Virus record (IMG/VR): IMGVR_UViG_2937877337_000001
Location: 9,026-73,025 of that record
Direction: 5' to 3' (one strand)
Source: a virus
DNA: 64,000 bases
The translations under genes and the position numbers were made by a program. Below the pieces are notes generated by a model. It did no database searches. It saw only the letters and a program-made list of their open reading frames with translations, and was not told the origin of the DNA. This document shows positions 44,065 to 53,995 of the stretch, piece after piece; within the stretch, counting starts at the first letter, position 1; each line of letters opens with the position of its first letter.

Positions 44065-45366
44065 CTAGTCCTCCCACACCGAGCCGTCCTGCCACTGGCC
44101 GGTATCGCGCCAGTGGCCGGTGGCCAGAATCCAGTTGTTTCCGAAGCTTTCCTCGGCAGCCAGGTTGGCCAGCGTCACGAACGACAAGGCGATGTTGGCG
44201 ACGCCGTTCGTGACCCACTGGATGGTCAGCGAGTCCGTGGCGAAGCGGGACACGAACATCCACGAAATGAGTTCGATCTGCGCTGCCGTCGCGCCGATCG
44301 GCGTCTCGGTGGCGATCAGCGTGTCGCCGCTGTCGATCTGCCAGTTGCTGATCTCGTGCGGGATCAGGCTGCCGTCCGTGGTTCGGATCAGGATCGCCTG
44401 GTGCGCCGGATCGGCATGATAGGCGTCATAGAAATCGGTGCCGGCGAAACGGATGTTCGATCCTGACATGCCCTTGATTGGCGGGAAATCCTGCGCCCAT
44501 GTCGGCACGTAGATTTCCGCAGCCCTGCCACGGGCGCGGACAAACACGTCAAGCATGGTCATCACATCGGCGTGCGAAACGCCCATGTAGGTCGCGGTGA
44601 GCGTGCGAGAGATCAGTGGAACCGGCGTATAGGTCTTGGTAATGCCTCGGCCATAGTCCACGGTCTCGAAGGCGATGTTGAAGGCCATCTGCGGCTGCTG
44701 CACGTAGTTCGGCTTCCGCAGCAGCACATAGCGGCCGTAGAAAAGCGCGGCTGGACCGAAGACTTGAGTCGTCTCGCCCTGCGGGCCGCCGTCGAAAGGC
44801 AATGCATCGGCGACGCGCACGACGGTGCCCGGCTCAACGTCGAGCTTGATGGCGGACGTGGCAATCGCCGTGGTGTAGATCGAAAGCGTATTGGTGTTTT
44901 GGAGCGACGCCGGCACCAGTGGCAGAAGCGTTGCGCCCTGCCCCACGGCACCGACCACGCCGGCAGTCAGAACGACTTGGTTGCCGGATACGAAATCCAC
45001 GGTGATCTTGCGAGCCTTGCGTCCGGTCAACAGCGCGCAATCCATGCTGCCGTGCAACCAGGTTGGCACGCGATCGAGCTTCAGCACCGTTGCGCCGTCC
45101 GATACGGTCTCCACGAGCGTAGCGCTGTCGGCCGAGAAGTCGCTGACCAGAACCTTGCCATCGCGGGCCAGATGCAGAGCATCGGCGAAGGTGCGAAGGC
45201 GGTCGCCGTCGAGCAGAATGGCGGCTTCTATCGTGCGGCGCGGCTGGACGCGTTCAGACCGACGCTGTTCACTGCCATCGCGGCTGGTGAAAACGTCGGT
45301 CTTGAATTCGTAGGTGTCCCGCACACCGTTTTGCCAGTTGGGGACGATTGGGAGAAAAACGGCCAT
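44065..45366 (-). CDS. distal tail protein, DUF2460-like N-terminus (GTA gp12-like) with long C-terminal extension
   Basis: N-terminal pattern F-L-P...W-Q-N-G...F-x-T-D-V...S-x-D-G-S-E-Q-R...P-R-R resembles the TIGR02217 family. Immediately after the tape measure. Confidence 0.45.
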   Translation of the reverse strand: MAVFLPIVPNWQNGVRDTYEFKTDVFTSRDGSEQRRSERVQPRRTIEAAILLDGDRLRTFADALHLARDGKVLVSDFSADSATLVETVSDGATVLKLDRVPTWLHGSMDCALLTGRKARKITVDFVSGNQVVLTAGVVGAVGQGATLLPLVPASLQNTNTLSIYTTAIATSAIKLDVEPGTVVRVADALPFDGGPQGETTQVFGPAALFYGRYVLLRKPNYVQQPQMAFNIAFETVDYGRGITKTYTPVPLISRTLTATYMGVSHADVMTMLDVFVRARGRAAEIYVPTWAQDFPPIKGMSGSNIRFAGTDFYDAYHADPAHQAILIRTTDGSLIPHEISNWQIDSGDTLIATETPIGATAAQIELISWMFVSRFATDSLTIQWVTNGVANIALSFVTLANLAAEESFGNNWILATGHWRDTGQWQDGSVWED

Positions 45367-45372
45367 GCCATG

Positions 45373-45413
45373 CTTTCACGTCTGAAAAGTGAAAATACCG
45401 TCTAACGTGAAAA
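45373..45413. promoter_or_regulatory. motif pair TTTCACGTctgaaaaGTGAAaataccgtctaACGTGAAaa between tape measure and distal tail genes
   Basis: Inside the late operon. Confidence 0.5.
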
Positions 45414-45423
45414 TTTGCAATGG

Positions 45424-48400
45424 CTACCCGCCTTGAAGTGCCGCAGAAATCTTGCGCGCGTTCCGCGTCATGTGGTTGAGGATGACACGTTCGCCGGCCA
45501 CGGTAGCCAACGCCTGCTCAAGCACGTCGGCCGGGTCGAACAGGTTGACGTTCTTCACGTTGAGCGCTTGACCGCGACCGCCGCCGCCGTTGTTGACGTG
45601 ACGCGGATCATCCTGTGTCAGGACTTCCTCGCCCTTGAGTCCAATGATCGGAACTTCGTTCGACTTGAGACCCATGACGCCGCCCGTGTGATGGCGAGCC
45701 GCGTTGGCGAAGATTGCCGGGTTGACCATCTTCGTGCCAGAACCTTCGCCGCCGATGACGCCACCCTCGTGGAACAGCGACGTGATCCAGCCGGCGATGC
45801 CGCCACCGAGGCCACCGCTGCCGCCGCCGCCTGCGCCGCCCGAGATCGCGTTGAACAGCGCCTGCTTGACGATCGCCTTGCCGATCTCGATCAGGAAGTC
45901 GGCGATGCCCTGCAACAGCGCATCGAAGAAGGCGTGTGCTGCGTTCTCCCCGTTGGCGAGCGCCTGTGCGAACGCACTGAATGCATTGCCACCGATGTCG
46001 GCCAACTGCTCGTTGATCTGCTGCGCCTGCGGGAGGAACTGCTTGTCGATCTTTTGCAGCGTCTGGCCAATGCCCTCCTGGATCGCCTGCAACTTGGCGA
46101 TCTCCTGATCGGCACCGGAACCGCCGATCGCCTGCCAGAACGCGATGGCTGCCGGGATGGCCTCTTTCAGCTTGTCCTCAACCTGACCGATCTGGTCGAT
46201 AGTGCTGGCAACCTTGCCCTGGTCGCCGGCCGCCTGCGCGATCTGCAAGCTTTGGAACAGGGCCGTGCGCTGCGCGACAAGTTGGTTCACCTGATCATTG
46301 GCATGGGCGCGGTCAAACTCGGCGCCGGCCTGCTGTTTCACCAGGTCGAGTTGCTGTTGCGTCAGTTCGACGCCGGCCTTCTGCGCCTTGTTGGTTTCCT
46401 CGACGACGGCCTTGTTGATCGCGGCCTGGCGCGTTTCCTTGGTCTTGTATTCGAGCGTCGCGGCTGCCGCGTCGGTGCGCGCCTTGAAGTCCTTCTCGTA
46501 GTCGGCCGTGAGCTTGGCCTGCTCCGAGATGCCCTTGTAGGCAGCAAGAAGACCTTCGGCGTTCGCTGCATGGTCGCCCATCTGACCGGACACTTTGTCG
46601 AGCACAGTGCCGGGCGCGCCGCCGTTCTTCTCGTCGGAGGCGTAGATGTTTTTGGCGTTGCCAGCGTTGATGGCGGCATAGATTTGCAGCAGACCGTCGC
46701 CGGCCTTCACGCCAGCGTCGGTGAGGTACTTGGCAACAGCCTGCATCTGGCTTTCGATGCTTGAATCCTTGCCCACGCCATACCGGGCGCGAGCAGCGGG
46801 ACCGAACTGTATCAGTCCTTCATAATTGTTCCCGGCACCGCCCACGATCGAGGGATTGAACGTGCCTTTCGTCTCATAGGAGATAGCGGTCAGAACGTCC
46901 TTCACGTCGATCTTCAACTGATCGGCAATGATCGTGGCGAACTTGACGATATCGCCCATCTGCTGTGCGGACGCCGAGCCGGAATTGCGCTGCGCGACGT
47001 AATCGGCCTCGTAGTTCTTGTGCGTCGAATCGAAGGCCATGCCCGCCTGAGCGCGAATCTGCTTCGTCTGCTCGGCGGTCAGCCCGAGAATATCCTGATT
47101 GAGCCTCTTGGCTTCTTCCAGCGCCGCGTTCTTCGCCTTCAGCAGTTCGCCTTCGATATAGCGCTCACGGTTCGTCAGATTGGCCTGACGCGTTTCGTCG
47201 CTCAGCGCCTTGCCCTGCTTGTCGATGATCGCCTGAATGTCGAGGCGGGCCTTCTTGTCGGCTTCCGTGAGATCGGCAGCATTCCGCTGCTCTGCCGAGC
47301 CGTCTTTGATGGCCTGCAACTCATCCTGGCGCTTCTGCACGATGTCGGCCAGTGCCACGCGCTGCGCTTCGAGGGCGCCCATGTCGGCATAGACGGTCTG
47401 GCCGGCCTCCAGTAGCGCCTTCTGCTCGGCAAGCTGGCCGTTGATTTCTTGGAGCTTCGCGCGAACGGCTTCCAAGTCCGTCGTATCGACGTTGCCCATG
47501 AGAAAATTGGCAGCGCTTTTGAGTTGCTTGGCGTTGCGCAACGCATCGTTGGCCGCGTTGTTCAGATCGTCGCCGAACTTGTCGAGTTCCTTGCTGACGC
47601 GAGTGAGCAAGCCCGACTGCTCGATGATGGTGAGCAGCGCGTCCCACGCCTTGCCGGCAGCCTTCGCGGCTTCCGACCAGGAATTGGTCTTTTCGGCAGT
47701 GAGCGCCAGCTTTCCGGCAAGGATATCCTGCGCGAGCGTCATGGCACCGGTCGTGTTGCCGGCCTTGGCCATCGCCTCTATCTGCGCGTATTGCGTCTCG
47801 GTCAGGAAGTTGAGTTCCTTGTCGAGATCGCGAACACTTTCAACCGAGCCGGTGAAGGCAGCCGACAGCTTCTTTCCAACTTCGGTAACGTCGTCACCGG
47901 AAATGGCGCTTAGCCGCTCGGCCATCTGCGCAAGCGGGGCAAAGTCCTGCTGCTGGACTCCGTCCTTGATGAACTGTTTGACCAGGCCACGGGCCTTGTC
48001 GGTCGCAACGCCGAACTCGCCCATCTTGTCGGTGATCTTGACCAGTTCTTCGGCGCTGTAACGGCTACCGTCCGCCGAAAGTGCCAGTTCCTTGTTGAAG
48101 ATCGCGAACGAGTCGGCGGCTGTCTTGAGACGCAGGGCCTCGGCGATAAACGGCGCCAGCACAGCCGTGGTCGCGGCAATGACCGGGATCGATCGGGCAA
48201 GCACGCCCATGACATTCGGCCAGACTTGGATGATCTGGCCGGCCTGCTGGGCAAAAATCTGCATCGGCCGCTGGCCGGAAGCCAGCCCCGAGATCACGTC
48301 GTTGACCTGGTAGCCGAGGTTGGTCAACTGATAGGGCCGCAGCCCGAACGCCGTGATGTTCTGTGCCTCGCCCTTGGCATTGGTTGGGCTCAGCGACGTG

Positions 48401-49221
48401 CTGCTGCGAAGCGCATCGTTCTTCCGCTTGAGAACGTCCTGCGCCTTTGACGCGGTATTGGAGGCGGCAGAGAGCTTGTTCAGTTGCGCAACGACATTCG
48501 CCGTCGCCGCAGCCTCCCGGTTGCTCGCGTCGATTCGCCGAATCCAGTCGCCGTAGCCCGACTCGCTCGTGGCGTTCAACCTGGCCTGAATTTGAGCCTT
48601 CAGGGTCGCTACCGCGTTGGCCTTTTCGTCGGCGGCGCGGTTGCGGTTCACGGCGTCGATGTAGCGCAGCCAGTTGCCGTAACCGGACTGGACGCTGTTG
48701 TTCAGACGCTCCTGGATTTCCGTTTTTCTGGCCGCAACAGCAGCGGCCTTTTCCTCGGCGGCCGAGGCTGCGATGGCAGCCGACGCCGCAGCCTGCGACG
48801 CAGCCGCCTCCCGCTCCATCGACGTGGCGAGGCGATTGAACGCGGCAAAGCCGGTCGCTGCGGTGCTGGTGATCTGATTGAGGGCCGCGCGCTTCTGATT
48901 GAGCGTATCGACGGCTTCACGGGATCGGTCGCGGACTAGCTTGATGGTCTCGGCAAGCTCGCGCATCTCCGCTTCGTTGAGACTGCCTGACTTGCGCCCG
49001 CTGTCGAGCGCCGCCTGGTAGCGCGTGACATCTGCCGTGAGTTGCTTGTAGCCGGCAACGGCTGAGTCGATCTCGGACTGAGCGACGCCGAGGACATCGC
49101 GACGGCTGGACGTTTTGGCAGCAGCAGAGAGTTTTCCCTGCTGCTGCTCGATGTCTTTGAGAACCTTCGAATACTGGTCGCGAGCCTTAACGGTAAACTC
49201 GACAACTCTCTCGTTAGCCAT
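45424..49221 (-). CDS. tail tape measure protein with internal SLT-like lytic transglycosylase motif
   Basis: 1265 aa, coiled-coil rich. Around aa 770-860: NNYEGLIQFGP...LQIYAAINAGN (GLxQ plus AYNAG-like SLT motifs). Confidence 0.8.
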   Translation of the reverse strand: MANERVVEFTVKARDQYSKVLKDIEQQQGKLSAAAKTSSRRDVLGVAQSEIDSAVAGYKQLTADVTRYQAALDSGRKSGSLNEAEMRELAETIKLVRDRSREAVDTLNQKRAALNQITSTAATGFAAFNRLATSMEREAAASQAAASAAIAASAAEEKAAAVAARKTEIQERLNNSVQSGYGNWLRYIDAVNRNRAADEKANAVATLKAQIQARLNATSESGYGDWIRRIDASNREAAATANVVAQLNKLSAASNTASKAQDVLKRKNDALRSSTSLSPTNAKGEAQNITAFGLRPYQLTNLGYQVNDVISGLASGQRPMQIFAQQAGQIIQVWPNVMGVLARSIPVIAATTAVLAPFIAEALRLKTAADSFAIFNKELALSADGSRYSAEELVKITDKMGEFGVATDKARGLVKQFIKDGVQQQDFAPLAQMAERLSAISGDDVTEVGKKLSAAFTGSVESVRDLDKELNFLTETQYAQIEAMAKAGNTTGAMTLAQDILAGKLALTAEKTNSWSEAAKAAGKAWDALLTIIEQSGLLTRVSKELDKFGDDLNNAANDALRNAKQLKSAANFLMGNVDTTDLEAVRAKLQEINGQLAEQKALLEAGQTVYADMGALEAQRVALADIVQKRQDELQAIKDGSAEQRNAADLTEADKKARLDIQAIIDKQGKALSDETRQANLTNRERYIEGELLKAKNAALEEAKRLNQDILGLTAEQTKQIRAQAGMAFDSTHKNYEADYVAQRNSGSASAQQMGDIVKFATIIADQLKIDVKDVLTAISYETKGTFNPSIVGGAGNNYEGLIQFGPAARARYGVGKDSSIESQMQAVAKYLTDAGVKAGDGLLQIYAAINAGNAKNIYASDEKNGGAPGTVLDKVSGQMGDHAANAEGLLAAYKGISEQAKLTADYEKDFKARTDAAAATLEYKTKETRQAAINKAVVEETNKAQKAGVELTQQQLDLVKQQAGAEFDRAHANDQVNQLVAQRTALFQSLQIAQAAGDQGKVASTIDQIGQVEDKLKEAIPAAIAFWQAIGGSGADQEIAKLQAIQEGIGQTLQKIDKQFLPQAQQINEQLADIGGNAFSAFAQALANGENAAHAFFDALLQGIADFLIEIGKAIVKQALFNAISGGAGGGGSGGLGGGIAGWITSLFHEGGVIGGEGSGTKMVNPAIFANAARHHTGGVMGLKSNEVPIIGLKGEEVLTQDDPRHVNNGGGGRGQALNVKNVNLFDPADVLEQALATVAGERVILNHMTRNARKISAALQGG

Positions 49222-49435
49222 CCGTCAGTTCCTTCAACTGCTTCGCCAACTCGCTGGCCATTCGTTCGGTGCCGTGGCCTGCTACGCTCTGGTTCGGGAT
49301 GCTGGAGAGCGCCATCTGAAAGAGGGAGATTTCGGCGGCCAAGTGAGCGTTGATGCGCTTGACCACGAAACCCGCCTCTACAAAAACCTTCGAGACTGGA
49401 TAGCTGAATGCGTTTGGGTGTCCGTGATCGAGCAA
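49214..49435 (-). CDS. tail assembly chaperone T-like segment, probably expressed as G-T fusion via -1 frameshift
   Basis: -1 frame relative to the G-like gene and open through the last about 25 codons of G. Position equivalent to lambda G/GT. Confidence 0.45.
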   Translation of the reverse strand: MLDHGHPNAFSYPVSKVFVEAGFVVKRINAHLAAEISLFQMALSSIPNQSVAGHGTERMASELAKQLKELTDG

Positions 49436-49461
49436 GAGGCTGATCTGGCGATGGACACCCT

Positions 49462-49896
49462 CTATCCAGTGATCGATGGTTTCAGGGATTGCAGCTTCGT
49501 CGTTGCTGCAGTTACCCTGGTGACGATCTCCATCAGTTTTCCCGGCCCACCTTCGGCTGCCAGTGTCAGGCGGATGATTTTGTCCAGCGCGTCGATCTGA
49601 ACGGCGGTCGGCAACCCGATCTCGCTCAGCCGCTTCGCGTTTTCCGGCTCGCCGAGGCCACAGGCAATGACCAGCGACACCAGCGGCGCGAAGTCGTCCA
49701 TCAGCGCCACCGCGATTTCCTCGGCGCTGCCAGTGAGGTTCCCCGCGATGGCCTGCGCGTACAGGTTGGCAACAACGTCCCTATGATGCCGCACGATGAA
49801 GGTGATGTGGGGAAGGCTGAGTCCGTAGACCTTCAGCGCGTTGGCGCCGAAGGTCACGGTCTCGAACGGAATGGTCAGTGTCTCCAACTGGCTCAT
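49462..49896 (-). CDS. tail assembly chaperone (gpG-like)
   Basis: 144 aa between major tail and tape measure. Confidence 0.5.
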   Translation of the reverse strand: MSQLETLTIPFETVTFGANALKVYGLSLPHITFIVRHHRDVVANLYAQAIAGNLTGSAEEIAVALMDDFAPLVSLVIACGLGEPENAKRLSEIGLPTAVQIDALDKIIRLTLAAEGGPGKLMEIVTRVTAATTKLQSLKPSITG

Positions 49897-49905
49897 TGTC
49901 GTTCC

Positions 49906-50688
49906 TTACGCGGCCGGGCGGCCGTCGCGGTAGGCCAGCGCCAGGTTGCCCTTCTTGAGCGCCGTCACCGTGAGGCCCATCGTCTGCCAGGCCGGCGACT
50001 CCGGGTCGTTGACCAGTGCCAGATCGCCGTTCGGGGCGATGCTGACACGCGGGAGCGTGATGTCGGCCTGCTCGCCAGCGGCGTTGAAGGAGATGAACTT
50101 CAACTCGCCTTCGACGAGGCTGACCGTGGAGGCGATCTGCTGACGGGTCGAAACCAGGGTGTCGAAGCCCACGACCCATTTCGCCGCGTCGACCAGTGCG
50201 GTGACGAGACCGAGTTCTGCGTCGAGTTCGTAGTCCGTCCCGAGCACGAGCGGTGTCGGCGTGACAGGGGCGCCATCGGTGACTTCGACGTTGGTCAACT
50301 TGCGGGCACCAGTCGGATTGCTGTCGGTGCGGCCAAGCTGAAACGTGTCGCCGGCCTTGACCAGAAGATAGGTTTCGCTCTGATCCGTCAGCGCCGTGGC
50401 CGTTACCGTGCCGACTGCGCCCATGAACCAGTAGGACACATTCTCGGGACGCATGTCGTTGGTGCGGATGGCGCCGTTCAGGGCGGTGGTGATCGGAATC
50501 TCCGCATCGAGAACCTGAAGGCCGGCCTGCGATCCGTAGTTTTTCAGGGTGGTGCTGGCGGCCGTCAGGGTCAGTTCCGGGCAGTTGCCGAGTTCGCGCA
50601 GCGGGCCGGGCGTCTGCGTTCCGGCCAGGTAGCGGGCAAAGAACGCCTTGCCGCGCGGAACGACGAGATTGCGAGATTGGGTATCCAT
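49906..50688 (-). CDS. major tail (tube) protein, gpV-like
   Basis: 260 aa. Position and Thr/Val/Gly-rich composition. Confidence 0.6.
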   Translation of the reverse strand: MDTQSRNLVVPRGKAFFARYLAGTQTPGPLRELGNCPELTLTAASTTLKNYGSQAGLQVLDAEIPITTALNGAIRTNDMRPENVSYWFMGAVGTVTATALTDQSETYLLVKAGDTFQLGRTDSNPTGARKLTNVEVTDGAPVTPTPLVLGTDYELDAELGLVTALVDAAKWVVGFDTLVSTRQQIASTVSLVEGELKFISFNAAGEQADITLPRVSIAPNGDLALVNDPESPAWQTMGLTVTALKKGNLALAYRDGRPAA

Positions 50689-50705
50689 GTGGCAGTCACT
50701 CCTTT

Positions 50706-50735
50706 TTCGTGATTATCACGTATAACGTGATTTTC
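50706..50735. promoter_or_regulatory. motif TCGTGAttaTCACGTataACGTGAtttt upstream of major tail gene
   Basis: Perfect dyad TCACGT-ata-ACGTGA. Confidence 0.5.
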
Positions 50736-50737
50736 GG

Positions 50738-51277
50738 TTAAGCGAAAGGTGTCTCAAGATTTTCTGCCAAGATGAGCGTCACCGGGACCAGAAAATATGC
50801 GACGGCGGAAACTTCATCGTCGGGCGGCCGATGAACAGGCTCTCCGATCTGCACGGCGATGACGCAAGGCGCTACCGAACCGAGACCGAGAATGTTGTAG
50901 TCCTTGGCGACCCTGGTCTTGACGAGCGCGGCAATCACATCGGCTGACGCACGGTAGGCCGGGTCAAGCGGATGATCCTTGTCGTCTTCGACAAAGCCTT
51001 GCACCAAGAGCCGAAACTGGTTGGTGGAGAGGCCAGACGCCATTGCGCCGTCAACCGGCTCACGCGAGCGCGGGTCTTCCAGCAGCGACAGCATGGGCAG
51101 CGGATCGCTATCCCCATAGATCGTGCGACCCCGAAACACACGTTCCGCAGGGCGACCGGCCGCGTCCACGAAGTCCGAGAAGTCGTGACGATAGCCGTTT
51201 GTCGGCGTGATTGTCTTGAGGGCTTCGCCGAGCGCCATGACCGCGCGCAGGCGGAACGGATCAGGATAGTCGGCCAT
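50738..51277 (-). CDS. tail terminator (gpU-position) protein
   Basis: 179 aa. By position only. Confidence 0.4.
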   Translation of the reverse strand: MADYPDPFRLRAVMALGEALKTITPTNGYRHDFSDFVDAAGRPAERVFRGRTIYGDSDPLPMLSLLEDPRSREPVDGAMASGLSTNQFRLLVQGFVEDDKDHPLDPAYRASADVIAALVKTRVAKDYNILGLGSVAPCVIAVQIGEPVHRPPDDEVSAVAYFLVPVTLILAENLETPFA

Positions 51278-51868
51278 TCTTCATCAACTCCATTTGGCGG
51301 GTGAACTCGGCTTCGAGATCGTCCAGCGTTTCGGGCGTCATTTCTTGAAAGATACCGCCCTCGTTCGATGCGGCTGCCAACGCCTGGTCGACTGACGGGC
51401 CGTAGAGCAGCCACAGATTCTTGCCGATCGACTTTGGCTTGTAGGCGCCGGCCGGGGCTCCACCGCTCGTGCGGACGGCAAGCCCGAGATTGTTGTTCTT
51501 GAGCCGAATGATGAAGGCGCGGGAAATCGATTTCGTTTGACCGGGCTTCACGGTGACGTTGATCTTGCCACCGACGTGGCGCGAACCGCCTGAAAGGACG
51601 CCCTGCCGGCTGAAGCGTGCAAGCGAGGTTGCCTGGCCACGGCCCTCGATCGTAGCGATGAGCGCGCCGCGTCTGGCGCGAGTCTTGACCCACAGGCGCT
51701 TGCTCGACGGTGAGACATAGGACGCTGGAAAGGCGACCTGTTCCCGCGCGGCGCGCGCGGCCCGAGTGCGGCTTCGATCTGCGGTGCGGTTGATAGCGCG
51801 CACCAATGCAGTTTCCACGTCGGCCGTCACTTCGCCGATGGATGGCAGTTGAGCAAATTCGACGACAA
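51261..51868 (-). CDS. tail completion (gpZ-position) protein
   Basis: About 200 aa. GTG/TTG start overlapping the upstream stop. By position. Confidence 0.4.
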
Positions 51869-51880
51869 CCACTGCTGCGC

Positions 51881-52288
51881 TCAAGTGATGATGCCTTCCC
51901 AAACGGTGCCCGTCGTGTCGAGGCCGGCAAGAAGTGCGTCCAGGTCAGCTTGAGAAACCTCGCTTACTTCCGCTGCGACATAACCCTCCCGCTCCGGGCG
52001 GCTGGTCGACGTGCGATAGGCTTCGGAGTTTCCAAAGATGACATATGCCTTGCCGAGTGGCTTCACGCCTTGGGCAAGCTGGAAGACAATGCGATTGGTG
52101 AGATCGAGCAGCGTGGGGCCGTTTCTGAAATCCTCGGCCTGGTTCTGCGATGCCACCTGCGCCTTATGCAAACGGACGGTGACGCGAACAGGCGTCCCTG
52201 CGGCGTGTGTGATGTACACCGCAGGAATCTCGAAGGTCTCGTGGATGTCCGCGAGAGCCGTCCGTTTCTGTTCGCGCCAACCGGCCAT
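51881..52288 (-). CDS. head-tail connector (gpFII-position) protein
   Basis: 135 aa. By position. Confidence 0.4.
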   Translation of the reverse strand: MAGWREQKRTALADIHETFEIPAVYITHAAGTPVRVTVRLHKAQVASQNQAEDFRNGPTLLDLTNRIVFQLAQGVKPLGKAYVIFGNSEAYRTSTSRPEREGYVAAEVSEVSQADLDALLAGLDTTGTVWEGIIT

Positions 52289-52291
52289 GGC

Positions 52292-52783
52292 CTAGATGTC
52301 CAGGTCGTCGCTGTCGGCGGCCTTCTTGCCACCCTTCTTCTTGGCAGCAGCTTCCGCCGCTTCCTTCGCGGCCTGCTCCTTGGCAGCAGCTTCCGCCGCG
52401 TCCTTCTCGGCCTGCTCCTTGGCGGCAGCTTCCGCCGCGTCCTTCTCGGCCTGCTCCTTGGCGGCAGCTTCCGCCGCGTCCTTCTCGGCCTGCTCCTTGG
52501 CAGCAGCTTCCGCCGCGTCCTTCTCGGCCTGCTCCTTGGCGGCAGCTTCCGCCGCGTCCTTCTCGGCCTGCTCCTTGGCAGCACGCTCATCTTCTTCCTC
52601 GGCCGAGGAAATGATGCCGGCCTTCACGAGGTCCGCTTCGGTTGGAATGACCGCCGCGCGAACGTCTGGACGTAGAACGTAGTCCAGTTCCGCGCCTTCC
52701 AGTTCGACGATCTGGCCGGGCAGCACGACCGGAGGATTCGCTTTCGGATCGCGCTGAATGGTGTGAATTGCCTTGATGTACAT
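52292..52783 (-). CDS. FI-position protein with 5-6 tandem 13-aa repeats (AKEQAEKDAAEAA) and C-terminus DSDDLDI
   Basis: 163 aa. N-terminal globular part, then Ala/Glu/Lys repeats encoded by 39-bp DNA repeats. Confidence 0.55.
   Translation of the reverse strand: MYIKAIHTIQRDPKANPPVVLPGQIVELEGAELDYVLRPDVRAAVIPTEADLVKAGIISSAEEEDERAAKEQAEKDAAEAAAKEQAEKDAAEAAAKEQAEKDAAEAAAKEQAEKDAAEAAAKEQAEKDAAEAAAKEQAAKEAAEAAAKKKGGKKAADSDDLDI
52340..52590. repeat. 39-bp tandem repeat, about 6 copies, within CDS
   Basis: cttggcagcagcttccgccgcgtccttctcggcctgctc. Read directly. Confidence 0.8.
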
Positions 52784-52856
52784 TTGAGATGTCTCCGTTG
52801 GGAAAAACGGCCCGGCAGTGGTTAGCCGGGCCGTGGGGGATCACATCGCTGCCGGC

Positions 52857-53951
52857 TTACGCCAGCACGCGACCCTTGAAGGTGCGGTTCGGATACAGCG
52901 GCACCGGCAGCGGCGAAGCCTGGTGCATCAGGAAGTCTTCGCCCGGATCGTCGGTCTTGAACTGCTTGCCGAACACGCGCGCGTTCGCCAGGCCGCTCTT
53001 GATCGCCTCGTTGTCGAAAATCGCGCCGTAGCACTTGACGCCGGTCGCACCCGGAGCAACGAGCAGGATATCCTTTTCGTTGAACAGGTCGATCCGGGTT
53101 GCGCCACCAGCGCCATCCGGCACGTCGACCGTATCCTTGTAGGCCCAAACCGTCAGACCATCGGCAAGCTGGCCGATGTAGGTGAGCGGCTGTTCCTGGC
53201 GCAGGATGCCGAGCGAGATGTTCACGGTATCGTTGCCGCGATAGCGCGTGTCGAGCGCGTCCTTGATGCCGTTGTTCTTGCGGAACACCGGGGCAACCTG
53301 AGCACCCACGATCAACTGCGCGGCAGAGCCGCCGCCGTTGGCCAGGTACATCGTGTTCATCCAGCTTTGGAGATCGCCGAGGATGTCGGTGGTCGGGTCG
53401 CTCCAGTAGTTGCTCGACTTGGTGACGGTGTGACCGGCCGCGCGACCGAAGTCCAACAGGACAGACGGGTTCTTGGCGCCCTGCTCGCGGTCGTAGTCGA
53501 TCTGCACTTTGCCGTCGATGAAGGCGCGAGCCGCCATCCAGGCTTCCCGCACGTCGATCGCGCGGTTGTGCATTTCGGTGATCTCGGCGATACGCATATC
53601 GTACTTCTCGGCGAGCGTCGGAGCGCGGCCGGCGTTGATGAAGATTTCCGACGGACGGATGTTCTTCAACTCGGTCGGGCGCACCGCGTTCTTGAGCTTG
53701 ATGTACGGCGCCGTGATTTCGGAGATCGTCTCGGCCTTGGCATTCTGCATCGGCCGCCCCTGTTCATAGGGCAGCGTGAAGGGTGCCAGGAAGCGGGTCG
53801 ATGCCGGCAGGTCCGCAAAGCGGATCGCACCGTCTTCCGAGAAGTGAGTCTGCGTGAAGAAGGTGTCCAGCCAGTAGGACGGAATCGACTTGTAACGGTC
53901 GTCCTGCCGCAGGGTGTAGAGGTCTTTCGGAGTCCAGAGTTCGATACCCAT
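52857..53951 (-). CDS. major capsid protein, lambda gpE-like
   Basis: 364 aa. Resembles Phage_cap_E family proteins. Follows the decoration protein. Confidence 0.75.
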   Translation of the reverse strand: MGIELWTPKDLYTLRQDDRYKSIPSYWLDTFFTQTHFSEDGAIRFADLPASTRFLAPFTLPYEQGRPMQNAKAETISEITAPYIKLKNAVRPTELKNIRPSEIFINAGRAPTLAEKYDMRIAEITEMHNRAIDVREAWMAARAFIDGKVQIDYDREQGAKNPSVLLDFGRAAGHTVTKSSNYWSDPTTDILGDLQSWMNTMYLANGGGSAAQLIVGAQVAPVFRKNNGIKDALDTRYRGNDTVNISLGILRQEQPLTYIGQLADGLTVWAYKDTVDVPDGAGGATRIDLFNEKDILLVAPGATGVKCYGAIFDNEAIKSGLANARVFGKQFKTDDPGEDFLMHQASPLPVPLYPNRTFKGRVLA

Positions 53952-53995
53952 GGGATAACTTTCCTTCGAGTTCGAGGCTTACAGGGCCTGCGGGG

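Noticed and set aside
52296-52682. Plus-strand 128-aa ORF (AAAS/ASFS low complexity)
   Set aside because: Mirror image of the 39-bp repeat. The minus-strand gene has a proper globular N-terminus and fits operon polarity.
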